Source: Tubiluchus corallicola
Lineage: Eukaryota > Animalia > Priapulida
DNA length: 64,000 nt
NCBI GenBank assembly: GCA_030141605.1
Contig: JAQGDQ010000311.1
Span: 124,001-188,000 of the forward strand
Direction of reading: 5' to 3'
Shown here piece by piece: positions 14,160 to 28,732 of this stretch (its first letter is position 1; the number at the start of each line of letters is the position of its first letter). The notes below the pieces were generated by a model, which saw only the letters and a list, made by a program, of their open reading frames with translations, was not told the DNA's origin and searched no databases. A program made the translations under genes and the position numbers.

Positions 14160-14480
14160 GCTGCCATCTTTGCATCTTTCTTCAGTGCTGTTGCTTGTTG
14201 TTGTTATTGTTGTTGTTGTCACTGTTATAGTCGTTGTTATTTTTGCTGTTGCTGTTGCTGCTGCTGTTCCTATTGTTGTATTTTTGCATCTTTCTTCACT
14301 GCTGTTGTTGTTGCTACTGTTGCTGCTGCTGTTGTTGTTGTTATTGTTGTTGTTGTTATTGTCGTTGTTGTTGTTGCTGTTGCTGCTAGTGTTGCTATTG
14401 TTGTTATTTTCATTGTTGTTGTCACTGTTGCTGCTGTTGCTCTTGTTGTTGTTATTGTCGTTATTGTTGTTACTAATGTT
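14160..14480. repeat. Compound (TTG/CTG)n microsatellite
   Basis: Direct inspection; produces spurious poly-N/L/V ORFs. Confidence 0.9.
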
Positions 14481-17400
14481 CATGTTCATGTACTGGCAAA
14501 GCTCCATCTGTGTGTGTGTGAATGAATTCTCTTAACTATAACTAAACAAGTTTCCTCACAAGGAAGGACCTTGCCACCTGCTGCAGGACACGGTCTCCTT
14601 ATAGGCAAACAGGAAACACTATCCTTTAAACCTAATGGATACCCACTTAGGCACCACTATATTCCACAGTTTTCCTTTTCTAATACAAGTTCTTAATATA
14701 CTGTAATATTAACAACTGTGCAGGTTTTACGATTACGTACACCTGCAAAGTACTGCTTATATGGCAAGCTTTATTACATAGATCAATACATGCCAGAAAA
14801 AGCAAGAAATATTTTGCGTTTTTCTGCTGAAAAGTATCAAATAATGACGTGAACTGAGGATTATAGCACTGAGTATTATCCCAGCTTTTAGAAAAATAAA
14901 TTCAAAATGATTTCCTTATTTTTACGTTTTATGTACTGCCGATAATATAATATAAAAGTGCTAATAAATCTTTTATTGACCTATCAGATGCAGATCCGTT
15001 AACTAACCACAAAAGCATTAATCTATGGTTAACTTGGCGACGTTAAATTACCAAGTCATTTCCATTACGTTTCACACACAACGGAGCAGAATTTAACCAA
15101 CATTCCAAAGGCTAAGTAACCATAGTTCATAAATAGCTTACTTGTTTGAAATCAATAAGTGTTCTTTCAAAAGCCCGATTTTGTAGCGTAAAATCAAATC
15201 GAGGCATCTACGGCAAATTCGGGTTATAAGTATGTAGGTAATAAACACAATAAGTAAATATTTACTAGCTAAGTTATGTAATAAGATTACAAAATAAAGA
15301 GAAATAATAACAAACACAAAAATAAGATGGGCTGACATAGTCATCCACTAAACAGCAAACTCAGTTTAAAACTTCAGCAGAAATACAGAAAATAGTACAT
15401 CTCTCCTGTAACGTATTACACCTATTATTTCACTTTAATATTCAATAAATTTATACGTCACTTTCTCTTGCGTAATAAAGTACATTATATAATCACTGAT
15501 TAGGAAATGAAGCTAGAGAAGGGGTGACGAGAGAGTAAATTTGGTTTGATTTGATTTAACTCCTTACTGCAAACTCTTGGTTCATATAAACAAAAATACA
15601 TTCAGGACAAAATATTACATACAACAGTTATAAATATTTACAATTATAATGACTTAATTAGTGACACACAAACTAAATGAATGAATAGACTATAAAAAAA
15701 TGACATCGGCAAGGCATTACTGAAAATCCAGAGCCTAAGCAGCCACTCCTCATAGGTCACCTACTAACATACACAGCTCAGCTTTCTTCTTCTAAAAGTG
15801 ATTTTCTCTTTTTGTTATTTTATAATCGAAGTTTGGGGTGAATAAATTTTCACTCTGACTCAAATGTTCCTTTATCATTTACAGCTTACTGCAGATATCC
15901 AGGATGTATGAGTCAGTAGCTAGGCCCGGGGAAGTATCCCCCAGTTTAACTTACTCAGCCTACACTCTTTTGTTACGAGAATATCTGAGCTTTTAATAAA
16001 AACACCCAGAGAAGCGAAATCGTGATATAACGAGATTTGCAGCTCGAGGTGATTGCCCATTCATCAGAGCTGTTGAAGCGGCGTGCAATTATGCGACCTT
16101 TATGTCTTGTCACATGGAAAAATTGATTGCGCGAAGCATAAAAAAACTGTAGATGAACGAGCTTTTGTTGAAGCCATATATTGCATACATCATACAACGA
16201 ACGTAATCTGAGGAAATATTATTTTTCATACAGTTCAGCAGACTAAAAACTAGACTTTACAGGCACAGGTGTCCACGAAACTACGTTAAGTGTGATTAAA
16301 CACCTTTTAGCGAAAGAAACAATCGCAAACAATAGCAGGTGAAACTGCTCAGAAGTGATTTTCCAAGCGAACAAGCGTCCATTTTAACTGGATCCCGCTC
16401 TGATTTTAATTTCGGTGGCTAAGCACAGTCCACTTTCTTATTCATACCATGAGATTTCCATAAAGTCCAATACGTCAACAGTCATTCTCATACCTTAAAC
16501 TAGATGACAAGCATGCTTTTCTGAATCAGTACAGTTGAGAAACTTCTCAGTAAACAATGGTAAAATTACGATGCCATCATGTGTTTAGTAAAGACATGAG
16601 CGGTTAACAAGAACTCTAATGTCAAAGATGATGACTATCGTGCCAGAGTTCATTCATCATTATTCCTTATTCGTTTGCATTCGCTCAGCTATAGCGCACC
16701 AATTTCCTTTGCTTGAAAAATACTCCTCGTTTCCTCACACAAAATCGACTTTGAATGCGGAGCTTGACAAAATCCACCTTTACGATACCTTATCAAACTT
16801 GATGCAAAAAGGTTAGCCATTACTACCTGATTGTGGAACGTAATTTGTTGCAAACGGTCACAGCTGAGGAGGTTCTTTCCTGGACACACCCCACTGAATG
16901 TTCCACATCACAAAGTTATGTGACATCAGGGAATGTTCGCAATTTCCTTTTGATGGACTGTTTTATGTGGCTCGTTAAAACGTTCCACTTACGCATTCCG
17001 AGGAATAAGAGTGACCCAACGGTATTGTCAACTTTATGTCGTCTAGTGATACATAAGACTCAATCGGAAGCTTGCTTTCCACACAAGTGCCAGTTCCATT
17101 AATACTAATAGTATCGACATTTACTGCGCGTACAAATTTTCTTCCTCAAAGTCAAACCCAATGATGGATAGCAGGAACTGAGCCACCATCAATCATCTGT
17201 GTTTCCTTTTTCGAGTTTGTCGAATTGTTGCACTGAATTCACAACTATGTACCTGAACATTAGACAAATTAAACACCACAGCTACAAGTTTATCAGCAAA
17301 CGAACAGCGCACAGCAATAGAGTTTCAGTTGTGCATGTCTATCAATAGCCGGGCTGCATCAACAAGCATTTCGGCATGTTCCACATCTGCAATTATTCTA

Positions 17401-17698
17401 CGTGCTCAACAAACTAGACACGCCGTCAATTACGTTTACAAGCGAAGTGAGAAACTGAACTTAGCTAATTAATTAATGAAATTATTTGCACCATTTCAAT
17501 AAATTTACACAAGTTCATTCGACATTGCGACAGACAAACAATATTCCACATTGTTGGGGATCCACAGCCACAACTATGCAAGTTTATCCGCAAACATTTA
17601 CATTTTCGCATATTTACCAGCAGATTAATTATTAACCACAGCCACAATAATTTGATACGTCAGTCAGTAGACGAACTACGCGCCAGTTTCATCACATT

Positions 17699-18788
17699 CA
17701 ATTCTGCATCACAAGAATCAACTCATCACACGGTTAACACTTATTAAATCCAGCAGTTCTAGCTGTTTGTCTCAATTCTGCAAGAACCACCAAGAGTCAA
17801 CTCATCACACAGTTATCACTTATTAAATCAAGCAGTTCTAGCTGTTTGTCTCAATTTTGCAAGAACTGCCAAGAGTCAACTCATCACACAGTTATCGCTT
17901 ATTAAATCAAGTAGTTCTAGCTGTTTGTCTCAATTCTGCATCACAAGAGTCAACTCATCACACAGTTATCACTTATTAAATCCAGCAGTTCTAGCTGTTT
18001 GTCTCAATTCTGCAAGAACCACCAAGAGTCAACTCATCACACAGTTATCACTTATTAAATCAAGCAGTTCTAGCTGTTTGTCTCAATTCTGCATCACAAG
18101 AGTCAACTCATCACACAGTTATCACTTATTAAATCAAGCAGTTCTAGCTGTTTGTCTCAATTCTGCAAGAACCACCAAGAGTCAACTCATCACACAGTTA
18201 TCACTTATTAAATCCAGCAGTTCTAGCTGTTTGTCTCAATTCTGCAAGAACCACCAAGAGTCAACTCATCACACGGTTATCACTTATTAAATCCAGCAGT
18301 TGTAGCTGTTTGTCTCAATTCTGCAAGAACCGCCAAGAGTCAACTCATCACACGGTTATCACTTATTAAATCAAGCAGTTCTAGCTGTTTGTCTCAATTT
18401 TGCAAGAACTGCCAAGAGTCAACTCATCACACAGTTATCGCTTATTAAATCAAGTAGTTCTAGCTGTTTGTCTCAATTCTGCATGAATCGCCAAGAGTCA
18501 ACTCATCACACAGTTATCACTTATTAAATCCAGCAGTTGTAGCTGTTTGTCTCAATTCTGCAAGAACCACCAAGAGTCAACTCATCACACAGTTATCACT
18601 TGTTAAATCCAGCAGTTCTAGCTGTTTGTCTCAATTCTGCAAGAACCCCCAAGAGTCAACTCATCACACAGTTATCACTTATTAAATCAAGCAGTTCTAG
18701 CTGTTTGTCTCAATTCTGCAAGAACCACCAAGAGTCAACTCATCACACAGTTATCACTTATTAAATCAAGCAGTTCTAGCTGTTTGTC
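17699..18788. repeat. 79-bp (74-bp variant) minisatellite, ~14 copies
   Basis: Unit tctcaattctgcaagaaccaccaagagtcaactcatcacacagttatcacttattaaatcaagcagttctagctgtttg. Confidence 0.95.
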
Positions 18789-19419
18789 AGTAGTTGAGCT
18801 GCCCAGGTAGAATAGCACAATTACCGGACACACAACTTTGTACTTCACCTAAACAATTTCTAGTTTTGTCAGTGGACGACCTGAACAATTGATACATGTG
18901 CAATTCTGCAGACAACAAACGTTGACGATTATCGTCAAAAGAACTCTGGGCATCACATACCTAGCGACATATAATTACGAAGCACACTGCAACTCAACAC
19001 GATTGTTAGCAGAACGCTAGGTACCAAATAGATTTGTGTCTTCATCAACAAAGAAACTACACACCATATAACCTACAATTCTAAATTTTTACCAGCACTT
19101 CATTTACACACCACATTTACAAACCTACAAGCTTTTCTACATTGTACATATCCACATAATCATAAGAAAACTGCATCACTACACGCCACATCTGCATATT
19201 TATTAGACGCTGCAATTTCTTTTATAAATATCCATCAGCAAATTGACCTTATTAGCCTACTAGTCCCTAGAGAACGCAGAATACAAAACTAAATCACTGC
19301 TCTGGGCACATACGATACTAAAGCAATAACTGCATGCAAAATCAACGCAAAACATGGGCTGAGCAACAAATTTAATATAGCAATATAAGAGCAGGACAAT
19401 GTAGGAATAGGAGAAAGAT

Positions 19420-20004
19420 TAGTGTTGCCAAATCGTCACGAACCGAAATCACGAGTTAAGAGCCAACTAGGGGAGTCGGGATCGGGACAGAGCTCCGGAA
19501 GCCTACGCGTTTCCTGTATTTTAGACGAATTATGAGGCCTTTTTTCAGAAACAAAAGTCAAGAAATTTAAACCACAAAATAGTAAAATTTCTTGATTATA
19601 GACTCTAAAAAACCCTAAAATCCTAAAGCAGTGTACATCAGTTTTTACAGTTCCTTCCTGGTCCCACTACATTTCTTACGTTTTTTAGATTTCTGGAGAT
19701 AGATGGTTTATGTTAAGTGAATTAAAGCTAAACCGGAAGAATACTTGCATTATGCACTAAACAGAAGCCATGTAACCTTTCACACTTAATTTAATAAGTC
19801 TACTATTTTACTTAACAAAGATTCCGCAGGTTTTTAGGTTAGCCTTATGCAACGGTTCAACAGCATGCAAGATGAATTTCCGTTATTCCACTTAAATTTC
19901 AACGTGATGGTCGAAATCAGGAGATTTCAGAATTTGTCAAAAATCCGACGAAATACGAATGTATGGTTGAATTTCAGGAAACATCAGGAGTGGTGGCAAC
20001 CCTA
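19420..20004. mobile_element. hAT-like (TAGGGTTGCCA-type) non-autonomous element
   Basis: TAGTGTTGCCA ... TGGCAACCCTA terminal inverted repeats; TSD degenerate. Confidence 0.6.
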
Positions 20005-21880
20005 AGTAAGTCCAAGAAACATAATCACAGACATCTTACACAATTTTACATATCAACTCTGCAGAGAATTCCTAGTAACGCCTAGTTTGGACCGATCTAA
20101 AATATTTTTAAATAATAATCGCCCATAGGTGTTCTTCATTGGGAAAAGCTTTTGATTTTCATTTCGGGAGCTACGCAAATTAATTTAACAAATTCCATTA
20201 AGCCCCCGCTTTAATTATGACGCAGAAACTCATTTTGGTAACACGGTGACGAATTCAAGAAAATATTTATTTTCCATCAAAAACAACTTACGTTTAATAA
20301 TTAAAAATTCCAGTACTATCATTACGTAATTACTTGCTAACCCTTGTATGCGATACTGATGAGACATTCAAATTTGCATTGTAACACAATCTTAATTAGC
20401 TCCATTATAGACGTCACTATTGTATATAACGGCTAGTCTTTGAAGTTATTCATGGCCGTAGCTGAGAAATATAATTAAAATAAATAAACGGTTCATTTCC
20501 AATAAGATTCTGCTATATGCAGCACTTATAACAACACTACATAACTCGTGCATATTTCAAAAGGTGCTTACATTTGATAAATAAATTTATAATGTGCACC
20601 TGACTGCCTAATAAACTAAAAACAAGTATGCTATATAAAATTCAAGCACCTACTCTCAGCATTAAACTTCAATCAGCAGTTTCTTAATTTTCCACAAATG
20701 TTAAATTTGTTTACTTTTTTATTTATTTTAGTTGTTGTTCTTGATAATTAAAGTAGCTCAGATAATATACAACTTGGTTCAGTTAGTAGGAAAAAATCAT
20801 ATATTTTAGAAGCTCAAAAATCTAAAATCTTCATATTTTAGAAGCTCAAAAAATCTAAAATCTTCAGCAAATGTGAACGCAGCTTTTCAATTGGCAGAGA
20901 GGAATGATTCGCCGTTTACTAAATTATCACTATAGGCTTTACTATTTCCAATCACAACAAATAACTTCCAATTCAGAAATCCCAAAAGGTGAAAAACAAC
21001 TGGATATTCCTGTAAACCTCAGCATGCATTGATTAGCCTAGGTTTAAAATTGTCACAAAATATTTTCGTCAAATTCTTACTTAGTGCAACCATAACCTCG
21101 TACGGCAAATCTGTAATTTTTAGAAAAAAGCCTAAACTCTAAACTGTCTGGAAAGTTATCAGCCTTGTGTAAAATTGCAGCTGCAGCTAAAACAATAAAA
21201 TTTTGAATTGGTTAAGGCAAGTCGGGTGTGAAATAGGTGGTTGATTAAATTTCCAGCTGACCGACCTTCAGTTTAAAAACCATTCAACACACAAAACTAA
21301 TTTCATACTTATTTATCTATTTTATGTTTCACTGAATTTCTGATAATTTACTCAGTTGAAATTAATATGTACTTTGCCTACAATTTCGAATAAGAATAAA
21401 ACAACCAGGTGCAGTCAAACAGTATTTAATTTTTGTAATTAGTACTTTTGCGTGACAACGCGAACATAATGAATAAACTTATTTCACCATCAAAATTTTT
21501 AACTATCAATATACTCAACTAATTCTTTTTTGGGGCATATCGTAGACATATTAATGTATTTTCACATTATAATACAGGTCCGTAACAAAACAGATTTTTG
21601 CCTGACGGAAGTTAAAGAAAAAGCAAATTAACTAACCTAGAAATGCAGGTAAGCCGGTCTTTCAAAATTTCAAAATAATAAAGATTTATAATTTCCATGA
21701 ATTCAGTTATTCTACACAACGGAAATAAAGAGGAATCATGTAATTCATGAAGAAAATCCTGTGAAACACTGCTGTCATTTTTTATTTTATGATTTTGCTT
21801 GACACTGCAACAACGAGTCGTCATTTCAAACTTCAATTTGACTTGGAAATTGTAAAACACGAAACGCACTATGCACTTAC

Positions 21881-21910
21881 CTCTTCGTGGACATGTGGAA
21901 ACAATGCCAT
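21881..21910 (-). CDS. Candidate alternative first exon of the NDRG-family gene (MALFPHVHEE)
   Basis: ATG...GAAGAG|GTAAGT, strong donor, phase 0; an out-of-frame upstream ATG lies at 21935. Confidence 0.35.
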
Positions 21911-24900
21911 AGTGACAATGTGTATTTTGCGCCATCTCCTGGCTGCGTCAAAACTTTTCTTATTTTTCCGTGAATTTGAATTCATGGTACAAATTAATAA
22001 CAAATTGGTCTAACCACCACAATAAAAGCACGACTTCTTTATTATCAAAAATAGATCATTTAAAGCACGTGAGAGTCATCAGTTCACAGCGGGAGAAGGC
22101 CATAGCGCCATTGATGTAATTAGCAATGGCTTAATAATGTTAACCCATTACACAGGCTGCATTAGATGAAATTCATTTCATGCTTGACTTACGAAGCCAC
22201 GGTAAAACCCTGCGACACGCTAAGCACACGGTATGTACTAGTCTAGTCTACCACACCCACCATTTATTCTTTTCAGTAAATCCTGCACCACAGACTTTCA
22301 CGGTTAATACAAAGACATGTGCTCGCGGAGTACGCATAAATTTCTCAAGAATAAAAACTAATTAGCTACTTGCACTTGCTACACTGTCCGTCGCAACGAA
22401 CAATGGAAATAAGAAGTGATGTTATGCGTGGAATGATCAGCAAACACCCTCAAGGCGTGCTACAATTTCCTCTCAACAACTCAGAAGGAGATGAGAAGTT
22501 TTCATCAGTAACCGACAGACACTCGATGTCTTCACCTTCATTTCTGGCTTCACAATGCGGCGCTCTCCGTGGCTTCTTACATTGTTTAATAAGTCCGATT
22601 AGGTTGCTCAGCTGTGACATCAAAACTGTGCAGCCAGCGTATTTGTTCGTCGCAACACAAACACGCGCAATGAATGCGACGAGCAAGTATAATTATTATC
22701 TGCGTCAGTTCTCACAAACACCGAGGCATCGGGGCAGTAGAAAGCTTAATATCCATTTCAAGATGAACTAATCAAGGCAGAACCTCTAGATGAACATCAG
22801 CTAAAAGACTTCTTATGGTTGACGCAGGCGTTAGTACAGGTGCTTCACAAACTCGAGAGAGAAATTCAACATCATCGCTTAAAATAACTGTAAAGTTTGA
22901 TTCCGAAGATTATGTGTCCCCCTTAATGGTTCAGCCGTCAATTGCCACGCGTCTAAACCGATTCGACGCGTGGTGATTAAGAAGATTTTACAACTAAAAG
23001 TGAAGATTTTCAGCGATGTCGCACCTGCCGACTAAATCACCGAAGAAACACAACCTGCAGAGAACCTAAAGCTGTACGGAAGCCTTGCAGAAGCCAGAGA
23101 GCTGCAGAGGAGACAGATTTTCACGTGCGCACATCAACGGCCACGAATTAGAACAACACAGTCAACAACAACAGCGCAGGAGGACAGCTCATATGATTGG
23201 TTGTTATATGAAATACACGAACTGTGTGCAAACCTTTTAATGTGCAGTTAATGTACAGGAAGCACAGTGTGCAAAATGTCGAACACAAAGCAATCTAGAG
23301 CATTTACAATACAAAAGGATTTGCTGACAGACGTCCACACAGGGGAAACGAGTGCTCAAATGACATTAGTGCTTGATCAAATCTCATTCGCCAAAAAACA
23401 CTGCCTGGTGACTTGAACAAAATCTGAAACTCTTTAACATCTTTTGGCAGAAATCTTGAAGTCTGTTGCTCTTTTTGCGGGCGTGGCACCACTAACAGTT
23501 GTACCACTGTTTCACTGACAGTGATCCACAATTATTTACTTTAACTGTACTGTGAAAAAGAACTCAAAACGTCCCGCAAAACAGTATCTACCAGAAGAAC
23601 TGAGTACTATCTTAGCATTCCACGGAAAATTAGAACTGAAACTCAAAAAGGAACATAAAGATACTGCAATGGACTTCAGAGATGCTAAGACCTCATAGTG
23701 CAACTTTGATTCTAGAAAGAACTTCTTTGACACAGACAGCAGACAGCACGACTTGTGTGTGCAAGTAAGTTAAAATTAGGAAACCGATTAAAGCAGCACA
23801 AACTTGTATGATATAAATTATTAATTTTACAAGCCGCTAAGATTTGCAACCGCATCTTTGAACTCCTGTTTACAGCCACACAAATTCCCGCACATACCAG
23901 AACCATGCACACCTATATACATTCACACCTAGAAAAGTCAAGCTTTCAAGGATGGTACAATAGCACACTGAATAACCTTTAAGTGGAAGAAATAGTCCAA
24001 TCTCAAAATTGAATCACTCACCAAAGGTTATTCAATACCATTTTCGCAACGTTTATTATACACAGTATAAGTTTACGGTCATTACTATAATTTTGGAGCC
24101 ACTAAACTTAACCTTTAAACTCGAATTAGTCGACAGGCAAAAAAAGTGCCATGTCATGAGATAAACACGCGATTAGAAGTATTATACCTCCTTACTTAGT
24201 ACTGCAGTTTGATTTTACAATAAGCTATTGTGTCGTGGAGTCAGTTGCAGGCCTCAAACCACTGCCCTCGAATTACTAACCAAAAACCACCTAGGATTTA
24301 ACCTGCATTAGTTTCTGGACATTATTGCCAACTGCGGGTACGCATTTTACAACTTAGAACAAGAAAGAGTAGTTTTCTGGTACTTGATACTAAAACAGTT
24401 CCTGATCTTTGTAAATATTTGCTCTTTCAAGTCCTAAACAATAACTTTTAAGTCATACATTTAAAACTTCATCATGACGATAGTGAAGGTAAAGATCACA
24501 AGTTTTTAAGCGTCGTAAAAGCTCCTGTTGACTTATTACACAGCTCGTCTTCTTCCTAAGAAAGTTTTATAAGTGTTACAAATGAGGATAGACACGCGTA
24601 ATTAACTTAGTTACATTTAAGAAAGCCATTAACACATTATCGATTTCATTAGGTCGCTAACATGATGGACAGGTTAAGTTTTATGAATCTCTTTTCGAAA
24701 ATGCCCAAAACTGTATAAAAACACATATGTAGGTACCCTGAGGAAAGTTAGACACATACATAAAATAATTCTACTCATTATTCTTAGCAAGTAACTTTTC
24801 TAATAATGGGAAGCACTGTGATCTTATCTACAAACTCCACTCCGCCTTCTTCCTTCTTATGCAACTCACTGAAACAATTTAGCACTAACCTTAACGCTTA

Positions 24901-25199
24901 ATGCTAATGCAACCAAATATCCCCTAACTTAACAGTAACCTCTCAACCGATATGGTCACCAGTCCAGTACCATTGTAATTATGCCATATTATTTCATATG
25001 TTAGTGCAACACGAATTCTTTTATTGAAAAACCCATATTTTTGGCTAAAATTCGCTGAATCCGACGAACGAGAATGAATTTGTGAGGACGCTCAAATTTA
25101 CACCTTTTCACTCTGGTTCACGATCTAGCAGAAATCAATTCCGGAAGCTGCATGCAGCACTTCCATCGTGAACCACGTTCAGAATGTTTAGTTAGGAGT

Positions 25200-25214
25200 C
25201 CAACAGATGGCGCC
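25200..25214 (+). promoter_or_regulatory. CTCF-like motif
   Basis: CCAACAGATGGCGCC versus consensus CCACYAGRKGGCRC; motif match only. Confidence 0.35.
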
Positions 25215-25753
25215 ACACAGTCGATTAAGTAAATAGGGCGCATTTGTCCTTAGACTGTGACAAAACATATTTATGTCAATTTGCTTGAACAAATCATAAC
25301 ACATATAATGTTTTTATGGCAAAAAGCAGAGAGTTTCAAAGGCTTTCAAAAACACAATGATATAAAACGCTCCCGCAAGACTCGATTTACGGACGTTAAC
25401 TAAATTCTCCAGAGTAACTGGAGTGAATTTTGTCAATTTTCTGAAATGCTGACAGCCAGTTGTAACTGTTTATTGCCTTTCAGTAAATGCTTCTAGTGGC
25501 TAATTAATCAAACTACGAATTATTACTTTAAAAGCTGTCAAACTATTTTCCAGACATCACAAATGTCAAACTAAAAACAAAAATTGATAAAATCTTGCAC
25601 AATGTGTATCACTTATGCTGATAGGGCTCAGTAAGGAAATCAAGGGTCAGTTGGTGACGAGAACGACAGAGGTTTGAGACTGTGCTTGAAGTATCAATAG
25701 TAGCAAATTTAAACACAAACTTATCTCAGAAACGTTACTTACTTGAGCAACTC

Positions 25754-25941
25754 ATGTAAATTTCTTACAACAATCCAGTACTTATGCAGTGTTTGAAGCC
25801 ATGTAAATTTCTTACAACAATCCAGTACTTATGCAGTGTTTGAAGCTATGTAAATTTCTTACAACAATCCAGTACTTATGCAGTGTTTGAAGCCATGTAA
25901 ATTTCTTACAATAATCCAGTACTTATGCAGTGTTTGAAGCC
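25754..25941. repeat. 47-bp tandem repeat, 4 copies
   Basis: Unit atgtaaatttcttacaacaatccagtacttatgcagtgtttgaagcc. Confidence 0.92.
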
Positions 25942-28732
25942 ACTCTTCCCAACAAGAACTACTACATTTAACAACAAGTCTACTACACTTGTCTCAGTCA
26001 AGCATTTAGCTTGTTCTGAGAAGAATAAAAAACAAAAAAATGTACAAATACTAGTATTGGCAATCATGGCAGGAAAGAGATCACTCAAGTTGAAAAAAGC
26101 AAAATGTGTACATTGCAAATATGCAGAAACTTTAAGCAAGGGCATTATACAATAAAAAATATCACATTTATGTACTTGTGAACCAAATTTATATTAGAAT
26201 GCCTTCAATGCTTTGCAAAAAAAACAAACGCATGCAAAATATGCAAGCAAGAGAATTAATCAATATAACAACCAGGAAATAATTGTATGTGTAATTGCCT
26301 CGCCTTAAGCAATATAACGGATATGTTAATTGTTCACCATAAAATTGGCTTTAAATAATTTTTTGTAATATGTAAACAGAGTAACTAAATATTATAACCA
26401 TGCCCTTATATAATCTACACGGCTAACTTTCTTGCACAATACAGTTACATTATTCATTTTAGCACACCTTCGCGAGATCTGCCTTACTTAAGAGAGCTTT
26501 ATGTAATACAATAAGTTGAAACTTTTTTGGCTTAGACTGCTCTTTGCTCAATAAATGAGTACAAGATTAGATGTGAAACCTCACAATTTCAACAGCACTT
26601 GACAGAAATAATGTGAGCGTTTAAATGTGTTAAAATGAAACAAATTAAAAATCAGCAGCACCTAGGGCATGCATAGAAGGCTGGACGATAAACTACATGA
26701 TCACAAATTTGTACTTTTTTTAAATGTACCATGTAACTAACTGTACAGTAAGATGTCCAGTTACTCATATTAAGGAAGCCAAACGTGTTTTTTGTTCTTC
26801 AGTTTAAATTCTATTTCTACATGGAAGGTTTTTCCTTCTAAAATTAGTTCATTTTGAATTTTGTTGCCATGGGAATGGGTTGAAAAACAATTACGTGTTC
26901 CAACGTGCTGGGTACATATTCTACGCTACTAGAAACCAGACCGGAATGTGAAGCATGGTTACTTGCTTGGTTGTAATGGAAAGAAATGTTTCGTTCATTG
27001 CCCAAAAATTTAATGGGTTTTTCCTTGTCCTATGCCTGTCTACTCCACGAAGGTTCACATGAAAAAACACGTTAGACGAACAAAACGATAACATTATGGC
27101 AAAACTCTTAATAGGTTATTACTTCACAAAAGAGTAACCAGAAAGTAAATCAATATTCATAAGTATCGTAATAACAGATTAGAGATGTCACGACACAAGC
27201 AAACATTCTGTATAATTCTTCCAAGCAAAATTTCTCTTCTTTTAGTAAAACGGTCGAACTTAAACCTCTAAAGCTCTGCTCAATATTTATTAAACTACGT
27301 CCTTTCCTAGCAAATTTTTGCTGGGTTACGCAACATTAACAACAAATTCCCTGACTTAGAAAATTACTCTCGGTGAACGTGTATTCAGCCAACCTCAGCA
27401 CAACTGCTAGAGACACCAATTTCAGAAAAACGCTGCATTGAGCAGTATGTCAATGACAGTACCATATTGATCTGAACCCACGCATTACAGGAGAATCTAT
27501 ACAAGTCAGAATCTCCACATGGAAGCCATTGATTATAGTATACATCCCACCAGTAAGCCCAACTCTGCCTGAAACGCCTGCGTTTCCAGTTTTTTTGAAA
27601 TGTAACAAATGGTGTGCGTAGGAAACTGTACACCACTACCCAGTATTAACATAAAATGTTACACACTGACTAATGCAATATTTACATTAATGATTACATT
27701 AATAATGACTAGGAGAAAATTGAGGCAGTTAAACAACTCACCTAATGCCTCTAGCACAGAATTATTTTTAAACAGTGTAGATAAGAAAGCAGTACTTTAA
27801 AATAGCAGAATATATGCATAGTTTCACAGAGAACCGAAATGCCAGTTTCTATTCTGCTGAGCTAAGTAAAAACGCTACATTTTACTGCCTTCACTGATGA
27901 ACTGTCAATATTGTTGTTTTAAATTATGTTAGTCGTTTGAAGGCTAACACAATTATATAAGTTATAAATGTTGAAGGATCACAGTGAAACAATGAATTTT
28001 GAAAGAAATGGTTAATCTAAAAAACTATTAGCATAAATATCACTATGTAATAGGCCTTGTAATTTAATTGGCGATTTTACTAGTACAAATCTTGAAACTT
28101 ACAATTTTTGCCATGGCTTAGTGCTATTACATAGCAAAACTGACTTATTTTGCTGCTTTAAAAATGCAAAAACACTTCTTACTTCACTATCAAAACTAGT
28201 TCTTAGAAGCACTAGCAAGGTACTTATCACAAATTAATATATAAACAAAATTCACTCAATTTTAAAGTTACTTCGTTAAATTAAGCTAAAACTACTTTTA
28301 TATGCATTTTTAAACATAGTTTAAATGAAGCCATGAAGTTTAAATGTTGTTTTATAAAATGTTGCAACATTTTTAAAGCTAAAATTTTATTTTTTACATT
28401 TTTATAGTTGCTAGGTTCCAGAATGCTCGAATGGTTGAACATTTTTAGGCTCTCACATATTTGACAAATGTGCCTCTGAAGTCTGAACAACGTGTCTAAC
28501 AATTCCACTATAAATTGTCTTGACCTAGCACCTCCTAACTGCCTTGCAGTCATGATGAATCACCCAATAAGCTTTACTACCCACTTGGTCAATTCTGTTA
28601 GTCTTTGAATAAATCTTGCATTCACCCTCACTCTTCCATGAATAGTGATGTGATGTAGCTACATTTAACTCATGACATCTGTAATGCTTCTTTGAACAAA
28701 GAGTCAGACATCTTAGACCAGTTTTTATTTAA

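Noticed and set aside
14052-14535. 151-aa Asn/Thr-rich ORF and poly-Leu/Val ORFs
   Set aside because: Trinucleotide microsatellite; the adjacent donor is phase 2, incompatible with the NDRG exon.
7680-18788. Regular arrays as CRISPR-like loci
   Set aside because: Units are contiguous with no unique spacers, there are no cas genes, and the context is a eukaryotic intron.
24022-25756. Further ATG+donor mini-exons (MVLNNL at ~24041, MSCS at ~25756)
   Set aside because: Donor phases (2 and 1) do not fit the phase-0 NDRG exon at 10076.
26860-27100. Helentron/DINE-like fragment (similar impression at ~55900-56170)
   Set aside because: Only a loose resemblance from memory; no termini or second copy to support it.
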